Positions 9,371 through 20,000 of a stretch of 20,000 bases of DNA are shown piece by piece. Location of the stretch: NCBI GenBank assembly GCA_050230475.1, contig JBFLGF010000080.1, positions 59,635-79,634 of the forward strand, given 5' to 3'. The notes beneath the pieces are model-generated. The model ran no database searches. It was not told the origin of the DNA and saw only the letters and a program-made list of their open reading frames with translations. A program made the translations under genes and the position numbers. The first letter of the stretch is position 1, and the number at the start of each line of letters is the position of its first letter. The stretch is from Ancylonema sp. Lineage: Eukaryota.

Positions 9371-10542
9371 TCACCCGTGCCTCCACGATTATCGATGCCA
9401 CCACCTCTGCCATAATTGAAACATTTTTGTCGAGTTGACCACTTAGCACAGTTCGCACCAACTTCTAGAGGCCTCACCATCTTTGACAGCTTTTTATTTT
9501 TTGTCATCCAGCTCACCCATTCCCATCTGCCCCCAGATCCAACTCATTCCAGGTGCTTCTTTCTGCCCGTAGTACAACTTTTCCAGGATACTGTACTTTG
9601 TCCTAGACATGCCAACGAACAACGCCATCACCTGATCTTTTGCACTAACAGGGAATTTTTGATGCACACACTCTCTGATGATCAACAGAAAAGTATTCTT
9701 AATGTCTCGGACTTGCATCTTCTCGTCGAATCTGAAAGAATTCAGCTTTTCTTTTGCGATCTGTTGAAGTTCTGGCGTCAGTTTATCATACTCCTCTGTA
9801 AGATAGTACCACATTGCCTTTGGATCTCGCTCAAATTGTTCAAGAGATGTTGCGATGTCATCACTGACAAGTTGCATGAGTAGCATAACCGCCTTCTTTG
9901 TTGTTTGCGGAAGCTTTTGACGTCTACTGTGTGCTGATCCATCTCTGCTTCATCTGTCACCCAGTATTCATCATCACAACAAGTTGTAACCTCATTTGGT
10001 ATTGTCTTTGTTCCTTTGCAGATCTCAAGGAACTCGGCATCATCAAGAGTAGCTAAGGCCTTAGATCTCCATGCTCGAAAGGTAACTTTGTCTCCGTCCA
10101 GAATGCAGTACCATGCTATGATACCACCGTGAGAACTTTTTCCTGCCATCGATGCAAGAATAAATTTCACTTCTCTTAATCTCTTTGAATCAAAAGGAAC
10201 ACGTCATTACACACATCGACACAACAAAAGTGCAAACTTGAAGTAGAAAGTGTTGATTACAGAATTCTGCCTGCAAGCTCGGACCCACTACAATCGAGTG
10301 TTGCCTGGTCAAAGATTTACTCATATCGAAAGTACTTGGTCAACTGCCAATCATATCTAAGCATTCTGCCACATCATCTTATTCTTATCGATACCTGTGC
10401 CAGATGGCCAAGCATGCCGACGAAATCATTGTAACAAGGACATCGGCCTGCATTTGCTGAATAATGACAAAACAAAAGCTAATTTCCCGGAAATATTAAA
10501 ATCGATATAACGACAAAAGTTCACAGCCCCTAAAAACTTACT
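9371..10542 (-). mobile_element. 3'-truncated Ty1/copia element: 5' LTR plus frameshifted gag, same family as 10848-14818
   Basis: Reverse complement aligns with 10848-~12020. Gag ORFs 9778-10170 and 9494-9886 closely match 11366-11587/11454-12377 (ERDPKAxWxYLTEEYDK, QKEAPGxSWIWGQMGM). Confidence 0.88.
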
Positions 10543-10847
10543 GATTCGGGTCCACTTGTGTTTGGGACCGTCTCAACCCGTCCATGGTTTATGGTCTGGA
10601 CATGTGAGTAGGTACACACGGTTTGCTACCATGCACATGACGTATTCCGTATATAACACGTCTTTCTTGGTAAGTGTCCGGAGTAGTGACCGATGGAGCA
10701 CGTGACCACTCTCAAGATCAGCGGACCATGTGACGAGTTGCACTCTTTGGTTATGAACGACGATTTGGTGGATCTCGTGCCGCTCGCGGATCCGGACATA
10801 CACAAACTTGATTATTAGTGCACACAATTCCGTACACTGTTGTTTAT

Positions 10848-11226
10848 TGTTAGTTTTTAGGGGCTGTGAACTTTTGTCGTTATATCGATTTTAGCAACAC
10901 CGGGAATTTAGCTTTAGTTTTGTCGTTATTCAGCAAATGCAGGCTGCAGGCAGCCTGCAGGCCTGCTGCAGGCCGATGACCTTGTATCAATGATTACTTG
11001 GCCATCAGGCACAAGTGTCGATAAGAACAAGTTGATGTGGCAGAATGCTTAGATATGATTGGCAGTTGACGAAGTAGTTTCGATAGCAGTAGATTCTTTG
11101 ACCAGGCAACAATCGACTGTACTATGTCTGAGCTTGTTTGCTGAATTCTGTAATCAGACTTTTCTACTTCAAACTTGCACTTTTGTTGTGTCAACGTTTG
11201 TAATGACGTGATTTGTCGATTCAAGA
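10848..11226 (+). repeat. Copia 5' LTR (3' boundary uncertain, between 11188 and ~11226)
   Basis: tgttagtttttaggggctg... matches 14475-14818 up to 11188; no clear PBS seen. Confidence 0.75.
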
Positions 11227-11262
11227 GGTTGTCTGAGAGAATTGTGCTTTATTCTTGCATTG

Positions 11263-14200
11263 ATGGCAGAAGAAAGCACTCACTATCAGAGCACGGTACT
11301 GCATTCTGGATGGAGATAAAGTTACCTTTCTCTTCAAGCATGGAGATCTAAGGCCTCAGCTACTGTTGATGATGCTGAGTGCCTTGAGATCTGCAAAGGA
11401 ACAGAGACTATTCCAACTGAGGTTACAGCCAGATATGATGATGAACACTGACCATGAAACAAATGAAGCAGAAATGGCGCAGTATACACTTGATGTCAGA
11501 AGCTTCCGCAAAAGATCAAAGAAGGCAGTCATACTACTCATGCAACTTGTCAGTGACGACATCGCTACATCACTTGAAACAGCTTGAACGAGATCCAAAG
11601 GCGATATGGGACTATCTGACAGAGGAGTATGACAAGGTGTCTCCAGAACTTCGACAGATTGCAAAAGAGCTGAACTCTTTCAAGATCGATGAAAAGATGC
11701 CAGTCAGAGAAATCAAGAATGCTTTTCTGTCGCTCATCAGAGAGTGTGTACATCAAAAAATTACAGTCAGCGCAGAAGATCAGGTGATGGCATTGTTTGC
11801 TGGCATGTCAAGAACAAAATACGGCATGTTGAAGAAGCTGTACTATGGGCAGAAAGAGGCACCTGGGATCAGCTGGATCTGGGGGCAGATGGGAATGGAT
11901 GAGCTGGACGACAAGAAAGAAAAGGATGTCAAAGATGCTGAGGCACTAGTTGTAGAGGCAAACTATGCTAAGTGGAGCCAAGGCACAAAGGTGGTGGTAT
12001 CGACAATCGTGGAGGCAGGGGTACATTCAGGGGGTATTCAGCAAATAATCGTGGAATCAGAGGTGGTCGTGGAGGCAGAGGTGGACAGTGGATCAAGTGG
12101 AGGACATTCCTGCTATACTTGTGGAGAGACAGGTCACAGCAGAGACTGCTCCAAGAAAAACGAAGAATGCAAATATTGTGGAGCCATTGGTCACGTGGAA
12201 TTAACATGTTTCGACGACAAGAAAAAAAACGAAGCTCCACGAATGCAGAGAAAGGGGGTACGCAGTGGGAGAAAAACAACTTTCGTTGGCGAAATCGAAT
12301 CGATGAGGGGAAGAGCTGTGGTCATGCAGAAGCTATCATCGCTGAAATCTAATCTATGGAGGAAATGTTGCAGATAATGATGATCAGAGAAAGATTTCCT
12401 TTTCGACGATGGTTCCAGTCACCATTCCTGTGGACAAAAAAATCTTTTCAAAATCCTCGAAGACATTCGACACGAGGTCATCATGCATCATCTGGTCGGA
12501 AGTGTGCGAGTGAAGGAGTGGGGAACAATTGAGCTGAATACTGAGGGAGAGTGTGGAGGAGTAACACTCAAGAAATGTTTGTACATTCCTGGGATGCGCA
12601 TTAATTTGTTCAGCGGTCAGAAAGCAGAGAGCAGGGTGGTCTTACACTTGCAGTGGAAAAGCTGGTGGCATCATTCCAGTTTACAACAAATCTGGACAAC
12701 AAGTCTGCACTCTCTGCAAGAAACATCGACAGGTCGAAAAACTATAATCTGCACACTGGTTCGGCTTCAGCAACTTAGTGAAGGGGAAGCTCTTGTAGCT
12801 GCTGTCGAAATCAACCTCCTGCACACAAGACTTGGGCATGCAAATGAGAGAGTGCTCAAATGGCACGACAACATATTGTACGAGGACTAAAAAGAGGCAT
12901 CTCAAGAGTTCTGCGAAACTGTGAAGGGTGCAAGCTGGGGAAGGCACACGACAAACCTCATCCTCGACGAGAAGTTGGTGAAGGAGAACAAGGCTGCCTG
13001 GGAAGTGTGTCGGTGGACTTGGCAGGGCGTTCAATCCAGCATCAATAGGGGGAGGAGTGTACAACATGGTGCTCGTCGATGAATACAACCGAAAATCCTG
13101 GGTGGAAATACTTCGCAGCAAAGATGATGCAGCTCCTCAACTGAAACAAGATCGGACTGGGAAAATGAGTGCGCTGGCTTGGCTTGGTGTGTTAGTTGGA
13201 TGGAATCCCGACACTCCTTGCTACCGAGTCTGGGATCCTGCAACGAACAAAATACACAACGTTGGCACTGGTCATGCAGACTTCGATGAATCTGTCAAGC
13301 AAAGCTGGTGGAGGAGACACAAAATTGGCAAGAAGGCACGAGTGCATGAGCCAGTCAGTTGCAGAAACAAAAATGTCATGGCCAGATCTGGATGCAGCTG
13401 ATCAAGGAGCAGGGGGTAGTGTTGGCCTCGGAGGGGGCATTTCTGGAGGTGGGCAACCTGCCTATGGCGATCCAAATTCTGTCGATGAAGAGAGATCCCT
13501 GATGTTGTGGGAAATCCATTGCCACAGCTTCCGAGATCCCCTCTTCCTCAGAGTGCAGATCTTCCAAAACTTGTCAGCAATTATAGTGGAGGCGATGAAG
13601 ACGAAAGATCATCTGGAAGCTGGTCCAGAATGGTATCCAGATGATGCTACTCCTCTTTAGCTGGGTGTAAAATTTTCTGCAAACTGTGAATCTGCTTCTG
13701 AATCCGCTGGAATAGAGGGTGTGGGCTACAAGTTTGCAACGGGCAGTTTGCTGCATCTCACTTCTGGAACAAGACCTGATCTGGCAGCTGCTGTTAACTC
13801 CTTGTGTCGATACAGTCAGCAGCCAGGGGACAAGCATTGGGCAAGCATTGGGAGGGGGTAAAGAGAGCTCAAGGGAACTGTCAATTTAGGGCTGATGTAT
13901 AAGAAAAGAGGTGATTTGCCAGTCATCGGTTACTCAGATGCTAGTCATGGTGACGACGCCGACACTAGGAAGGGGAGAACTGGCTATGTCTTTCTTAGTG
14001 GAGGAGCTGCTGTGAGCTGGAAAAGTGGTCTCTTGGAAACAGTCACACACTCAAGCTGTGAAAGTGAGTATTTGGCATTGAGTGCTGCTGGAAATGAGGC
14101 CATTTATTTGAGCCAGATGCAACAGGAGTTGGGTATTGATGGGGGGGGTGTGCTATTGCTGGGAGACAATGAGAGTTCTTTGAATCTTGCTGAGACTCCT

Positions 14201-14413
14201 GTTTTTCACAAGCGCTCCAAACACATCGAGATCAAGTATCATTCCATTCGAGAGAGGGTGTTCAAGAAAAAGATCAGTCTACAGTTTGTCAAGAATGAAG
14301 AGCAGGCTGCTGATATGTTGACAAAACCAGTAGTGTCTGTCAAGTTGAAGAAGAATTGTGATCTGGTGGGGAGCTGGTGTATTAGTGAGTTTTTTGTCGA
14401 CTTGTGTTTGTAA
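11263..14413 (+). pseudogene. Copia gag-pol pseudogene (multiple frameshifts; integrase core and most of RT deleted)
   Basis: Zinc knuckles CYTCGETGHSRDC and CKYCGAIGHVELTC (~12111-12210), protease FLFDDGSSHH (~12396-12425), LLHTRLGHA and CEGCKLGK, VDLAG/LVDEYNRKSWV, RT tail TRPDLAAAV (~13770), RNase H GYSDASHG...SSCESEY...KHIEIKYH...ADMLTK (13895-14413). Confidence 0.92.
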
Positions 14414-14474
14414 AATCGATATCGTTGTGGTTATCGTTTTTGGAGGGGGAATACAAAAGTACCCAGGAAGAGGG

Positions 14475-14818
14475 TATTAGTTTTTAGGGGCTGTGAACTT
14501 TTGTTGTTATATCGATTTTAGCAATACCGGGAATTTAGCTTTAGTTTTGTCGTTATTCAGCAAATGCAGGCTGCAGGCAGGCTGCAGGCCGGCTGCAGGC
14601 CGATGTCCTTGTTTCAGTGATTACTTGGCCATCTGGCACAAGTGTCGAGAAGAACTAGTTGATGTGGCAGAATGCTTAGATATGATTGGCGATTGACGAA
14701 GTAGTTTCGATACCAATAGATTCTTTGATCAGGCAACAATCGACTGTAGTACTAGGTCTGAGCTTGTATGCTGAATTCTGTAATCAGACTTTTCTACTTC
14801 AAACTTGCACTTTTGTTG
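14475..14818 (+). repeat. Copia 3' LTR, truncated on the right
   Basis: Begins TATTAG (TG>TA) after the PPT. Similarity to the 5' LTR stops abruptly after ttttgttg at 14818. Confidence 0.9.
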
Positions 14819-15786
14819 CACGCTGCGGTTAGCACCCTTCACAAGTTGGCGAGGCCAGGGTTCGTGAGGGGGCTGGAGGGTGGCCTGGTTGGGGAGCTGA
14901 AAGTCTGCCGTGGCTGCAAGTTGGGCAAGCCGCTGGCGAAATCCCACCCGCAGAAGGATCCAGCCTTCCGAGCAGGGAAGCCACTCGATCTCGTTCACGC
15001 TGACTTGGCAGGCCCGATCAAGCGTGCCACCTGGGGTGGGAAGCTCTACGTGTTTGTTCTCATCGACGATTACAACAGGAAATCATGGGTAATTCTGCTA
15101 AAAGAACAAATCAGATGTCGAATTGAGGGTGAAGGAGTGGACAACGCTGGTAGAGCGCAAATCCGGTTATCGGGTGGGGCGGTTCCGTAGTGACAACGGG
15201 GGGGAGTTCGTGAAGCAGACGTTGAAGGACTGGTTTCGTCTACGTGACATCACCCAAGAGTTCACCCCCCCCCGTACTCCACAGGCGAAACGGGGTCGCC
15301 GAACGACTCAATCGTACCCTCCAGGACCGAGTCCGTAGCATGATGACGGAGGGTGGGCTCGGGGGCGGAAGCTGGGGGGAGGTTTTTCTGGCGGCATCGT
15401 ACCTCAGGAACCGGGGACCGGTTACTGGATTGAATCTGACGCCGCAAGAGCTGTGGAGTGGGAAGAAGCCGACCTCGGCGCACCTGCGGGCCTACGGCTG
15501 CAAGGTGTATGCGCCCATCGAGAAGGGTGACAGGGCAGGGAAGCTCGGGAAGGTGTTCTGGGAAGGGGTGCTACTCGGTTACTCGGACAGCAGCCCTTCG
15601 TACCGGGTCTGGGATCCGGTGAAAGGGAAAGTCTACAATGTCGGCGGAGCAGACTTCGATGGGACGTGGAGGGGGGCTGGTGGAGGCAGCAGCTTCTTTT
15701 GCAGGGTGACTACGTGGCAGAGCCTGAAGAGATCCCCCAGGACTGGGCGGCAGATTCTGGCGCAGGCGCAGGCGACGGGGCACGCT
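14819..15786 (+). pseudogene. GC-rich integrase fragment of a second, related copia family (two frameshifts)
   Basis: HAAV...CRGCKLGK, LDLVHADLAGP, LIDDYNRKSWV, FRSDNGGEF, NGVAERLNRTL, HLRAYGC, YRVWDP across ORFs 14768-15190, 15123-15338 and 15244-15789. Confidence 0.9.
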
Positions 15787-15791
15787 TGACA

Positions 15792-15797
15792 TTTATT
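15792..15797 (-). terminator. Candidate AATAAA polyadenylation signal of the M16-like gene
   Basis: AATAAA on the minus strand about 180 nt downstream of the stop codon. Weak on its own. Confidence 0.35.
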
Positions 15798-15978
15798 GAC
15801 ATGGAAGATATGTTGCTTAAAGTCGTCGACTGAAGTGACAAACTTTTCCCAATCCAAGCTTGCACCTACATGGATGGTGGCAAAAATCACAAGCCTTACT
15901 CTGCCATAAATGTGATTATAACACAAAACAACTGTATAATATGTACAAGTGGCTCAAAGTGCCACACTATCTGCCAAA

Positions 15979-18900
15979 CTAGTCAACACTCAAGTCAACT
16001 AGAGGGAGACCTAGATCCTCCAACGAGGAACGTATGCTATCGACATCTGTAACTATGAGAATGGTTTGTTTCTCTGGATGCAAATGACGTCTTGCAGCCC
16101 GTAAAACGTCCTCTGCACTCGTCTCTTCGATCCCTCTCTTGTATCGAAAGATGAAGTCTTGATCGATTCCAAACAGCTCATATGTCATGATACGACTCAA
16201 TTGGGCACCCCTGCAGAATCAACATTCTTAACTAGCTAGAGTCAAAGTCAGCGCTTAGATTTACCTTCAACTTTCCTCTCGCAATCCGCGTCAACATGTT
16301 TCAATGCTCGTAAAACATTCTGCGACTGCGAATGAGCTCATTGGACCTACGACATGAAACCACACAAAGCTTTGCCCAATATGTGCGCCAAAAGACCTGT
16401 ATCCTCTTTTTTCCCGTAAAGATCCGCTTGAATGACGATTGGGAAGATCGACTTACGAGTCAGCAAAGTTGAAGACGAAGGAGTTGAGGGATGAATCTTT
16501 GGCTTGCGACAACTCCTCTGCATGAGCCACGAGCCAAGTCCCCATGAGCCCATAGGCCATGAACCATGGCCCGACACCATCCTCTATCATCCTCCATCAT
16601 CCACCTACCTCAACTAGCAAACATTCCAACAAGTGAGCCCAAAACTCTTTCACTTTTCCACTTCTCATCTTTGAACCCAAACCAATCACCCCAACCTCCA
16701 CCCCTCGAAACCTACGCCCTAGTTTGCCCTCCCTCCCCCCCCTACCCTGCGTGGGCGGCTGAGTCCTCACGTCTCTCATCACCCTCTGCACCGCTGCCAC
16801 AAACTGTGGGATGGAGCTCACGCGGCTCTCCCCCCCTGCCACAAACGCCCCCTGAAGGAGGCGGGAGGCAGGATGTAAGACAAGGATGGGTGACCACCGT
16901 GGTGTGCCTTTTAGTAAGATAGACCCCCCCCCTCACCCTGTGCTCCATGGCTGGGGCCCACCCGCCGGAGACAGAGTAGGCCAGACCTTCTCGGGAACGA
17001 ACCTGGGGGGGGGGCACATCCCAAGTTTCCATCCTGAGAAGCGGCTACCCCCTAAAAATCGAAGGGTCACGGTTCATGGGTCTCACCTCATCGAACAGCC
17101 TCCCCCCGAATCCGTTCAGCTCCGAGTTGAGCACATCCAGAGCAACCAGATCAGGATCGTCCAGAGTGGTCCCAAGCTCCGCCATCCGCACATAGCTGCC
17201 AACCACCACCAACCACTGCCTACCACCAGTCACCACACTTCCTAACGAATAGTGAGATGGCAATGCAACGAAGATACAAACAGCTGCCCAGCCATCTGCT
17301 TCTAACGCATTCGTGATGCTCCCACCCACCCACCCCTGCGTGAGCCCTGGGCGGTTGATAAGGTAGACACCCGGTGGGCTCCAACCGCTGCCCTCCTCCT
17401 CAAGGGGTGGGGGGGGTGGTTGGGAAGGATGCCCTCCACTCCACCCTCCCATGGAAGAGAGAATGAGGTCCTGGGCGGTGGTGGAGTCGAAATCGCCCCA
17501 CAGCCCCAACCCCGCCTCATTGGGACGGTACACGGCGTCGTGGAAGGCGACGAGATCGGATTGTGTGATGGCCTTCACATCTGAAGCCTGGGGCACTCGG
17601 GCGTAGGGACTGGTGGGACCGTACAAAAGCTTGGGCACCTCTCTGCTCGCTATCCCTCCAGGCTGCAGGAGAGGAGGAGAGGACAGACAGACAGACAGAC
17701 AGGCAGATAGGGGAAGTGAGGTGGAAGGTGGGAGGTGCAGGGGTGGAGGGGTGGGGTGGGGTGGGGAGTGGTTACGTCATCATTGCGTCGCGCTAACACC
17801 CCTAGGAGTTGGCGGCGAACGAGGTCCAGCTTGTCTTGGGGCATGGCGGGGTGAAGGACCACTGGAGTACCAGGGGAGCAACACAGAGTGGAGTGGGAAT
17901 GATGGGAGAGGAGGGGGAGGATGGGGAGGAGGTCCGTCCGTACCGTCCGTGAATATTGGGAACACCTCCTCAAGGTCCTCCCGCAGGCAGCGGAATGCCA
18001 CACTCATCTCGGACACGCCCGCACCAGACTCGATCCGAGCAGCCATGGACTGACAACCCACAGACCCAACAACCAACAAAACGATGAACAACATCCACCA
18101 CGGCCATCAACGATACTCCCACGAACCGCTGCAAGGAATCAGTGGCGACGAGTTTTGATGAAAGGGGAAGGGAGAGGATCCATGATTGCTGCAATATGAT
18201 TCGATTTGATTTGATTTTGTTTGTGAAGGAAGGCTACCGTACCTCAAGGCGGGCGTTGAGTGCGTCTCCCGGGAGGGCGTCGGTTCCGCCCCCGCGCTGG
18301 ACCGCCCCCGTCACTGCAGCCAAACCGACCTACAGCAAACAGGGCGGATGATGCGGGGGAGGCAGGCAGTGTGTGTGTGGGTCGCAGTTGGTGTGTACTT
18401 TCGGATTCGACGAGTAATTTGACGTGACAGCTGGCATGGCTTCTCGTGATGAACACTGGAAGCGAACATGAAGTTGAATTAAGTTCCAGGTTCAGGTTCA
18501 GGTTCCGATTCTGTACCTTGCCTGCTGGGTCGGCCTTGCCACCTCCTTTTACAAGAATCTGGCCTCCAACCTTCAGAGACCAAACACACCACAAACTGAT
18601 GGTAAACGCTTGAGAGAGAGCGGTGCAGATTCCTCGACATGGATGTGCCATTTTTTAGCAAAAAGATGGAGGCAACCACCGGCCTCGCCACACACAGAGG
18701 ATACAGTTGCTGGAGGGGACAGGTATACGTCTCCTCACCAGGCCAAGCTCGTGATCTTCCAGGAGGAGCACCTTGAGGCCATTCGGCAGGACCACCTACA
18801 CCATACGACCAGAGACCATTTCGGCAGCATCAGAACGCGGACACAGAAGAATATCATGATAATAGTGTACTCCTACGCCGCAAGGGAATGACGAATCTAG

Positions 18901-19665
18901 AATTGGAGAAGCGGCGAATTGGAGAAGTGGCTAGATTAGAGTTTAGCTCCTGTACCTTTTTGTAGATTGGAAGGGTCAGATCTGGAAGAGGAGGAAAGTC
19001 GGTTGGGATAGGCGGCAACTCTATGGCCCTAACCTCCACCTCCACAGCGTTTCGTAAAGAAGGAAAATCCAACAGCTCTGCGGCAATGCTTTCGCAAGAA
19101 AAAGTGATCTTCCGATCAATTGTGGTCCTTCAAGCGTGTGTTGTTAACGCACCATTCTTCACAAATGTCGCAGTCAGCCGACCGAAAACCGTCCTGAGCC
19201 GGACTTCCGACATGATATTGAGCCTTTTAAAACCAAAGGCCTTATCTGGCATCTGTCATACACTTACCATGAAGATGGCTGCAGAAAAAGCGTTGTTGCG
19301 GACAGTAAGAGGACCCCTTTCGAGCCTGCGGAGAATATACACTGCAGCAGACTACCAAGAGCTCCAGGTAGGACCTTGAAAATATATGAAGAATACCTAT
19401 TCGGATTCAGATCGAAAGACGTCGGGAATGCGGGTTGGGGCTGACTGAAGAAGCTGGGAGTATGCCTCCGAGATATGGAGCTCTGGGTGTGATGAAATGT
19501 ACGATGACTCAAGCATCTTTTTCCCGATCTCGGAGGAGGGGATTCGTACTGATTAGGATGTGCAACGGACTTCCTCCTTTTGTGCGGCAGATGAGCAGGA
19601 GCCTTCAACTGGCAATCAGGAATCGTTCTTGATAGTGACATTCCTGCATTCTGTGTGGACAACAT
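15979..19665 (-). CDS. Peptidase M16 (insulinase) family protein, cyanobacterial-type non-catalytic subunit, probably plastid-targeted; 13 exons, ~607 aa
   Basis: Hand-spliced GT-AG exons with consistent phases: 19665-19268 (uncertain), 19088-18956 (acceptor uncertain), 18795-18739, 18570-18517, 18329-18243, 18049-17944, 17861-17776, 17662-17334, 17195-17087, 17002-16937, 16851-16746, 16517-16457, 16210-15979. Motifs LPNGLKVLLLEDHEL, GGRLFDEVRSREGLAYSV, LNSFVFNF and FHDAVYRP are typical of M16. Confidence 0.88.
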
Positions 19666-20000
19666 ACTTCCGAAAAAATATGAGTAGTAACTAGGCTACA
19701 ATCCAGAGAATAATGAAGAAAAAGTCACACACAAGACGACATGAGAGTGATCTGAACTGTACCACGGTTTTTCCCCGTGTTTTTTCCCTCTGTTTTTCCC
19801 CGTTTTTTTCCCCTTTCCCGGTGTGAACAAATATTATGCAAATTGGTACCCCGTCTAATCTACTAGAAAATCCCCGGGGGATCGGGGCGGGAAAGCGAGG
19901 GCGAAGTTGGGGCGACAACTTGTGGGGCGGTGCCAAACTCCGGCGTCCTGCTTTCCCCACTTGCTGCGTACCGACCCCCCGTAATATCGGGAAAACGGCA

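Larger units (their letters stand above)
10848..14818 (+). mobile_element. Internally deleted Ty1/copia LTR retrotransposon
   Basis: Direct repeats starting 10848 and 14475, PPT AGGAAGAGGG at 14465-14474, copia domain order gag-PR-IN-(RT)-RNase H. Confidence 0.92.

Noticed and set aside
11220..11240. tRNA PBS for the copia element (ttcaaga-ggtt...)
   Set aside because: Not conserved in the second copy and no convincing tRNA complement, so left uncalled.
14768..15190. ORF as a genuine gene with a signal-peptide-like N-terminus
   Set aside because: Its first 17 codons are LTR sequence fused by chance to the integrase fragment.
17680..18505. Short repeats (gaca)n, (atttg)n, (ttcagg)n
   Set aside because: Ordinary intronic microsatellites; too short to call telomeric or functional.
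19691..19960. 89-aa ORF upstream of the M16-like gene
   Set aside because: Non-ATG start and low-complexity content; more likely promoter or 5' UTR.

Overview
Eukaryotic genomic DNA, most likely from a green-lineage organism (streptophyte alga or early land plant; this is inference). Bases 1-15.8 kb are a nest of decayed LTR retrotransposons. (i) An outer Ty3/gypsy-like element (1-9158, +) carries a degenerate Gag zinc knuckle and aspartic protease. Where RT/RNase H/integrase would be expected, it has a long stop-interrupted frame ending in a C5 cytosine-methyltransferase-like domain whose catalytic motifs are all substituted. (ii) A 3.2-kb non-autonomous LTR element (4237-7411, -, TSD AAACC) is inserted into it. 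Its PBS is complementary to its own predicted transcript 5' end, the signature of Tf1-type self-priming. (iii) Two head-to-head copies of one Ty1/copia family are followed by a fused integrase fragment of a second copia. Bases 15979-19665 (-) hold an intact-looking 13-exon host gene for a cyanobacterial-type M16 peptidase-like protein lacking HXXEH. All protein family calls come from motif recognition by eye; no searches were run.
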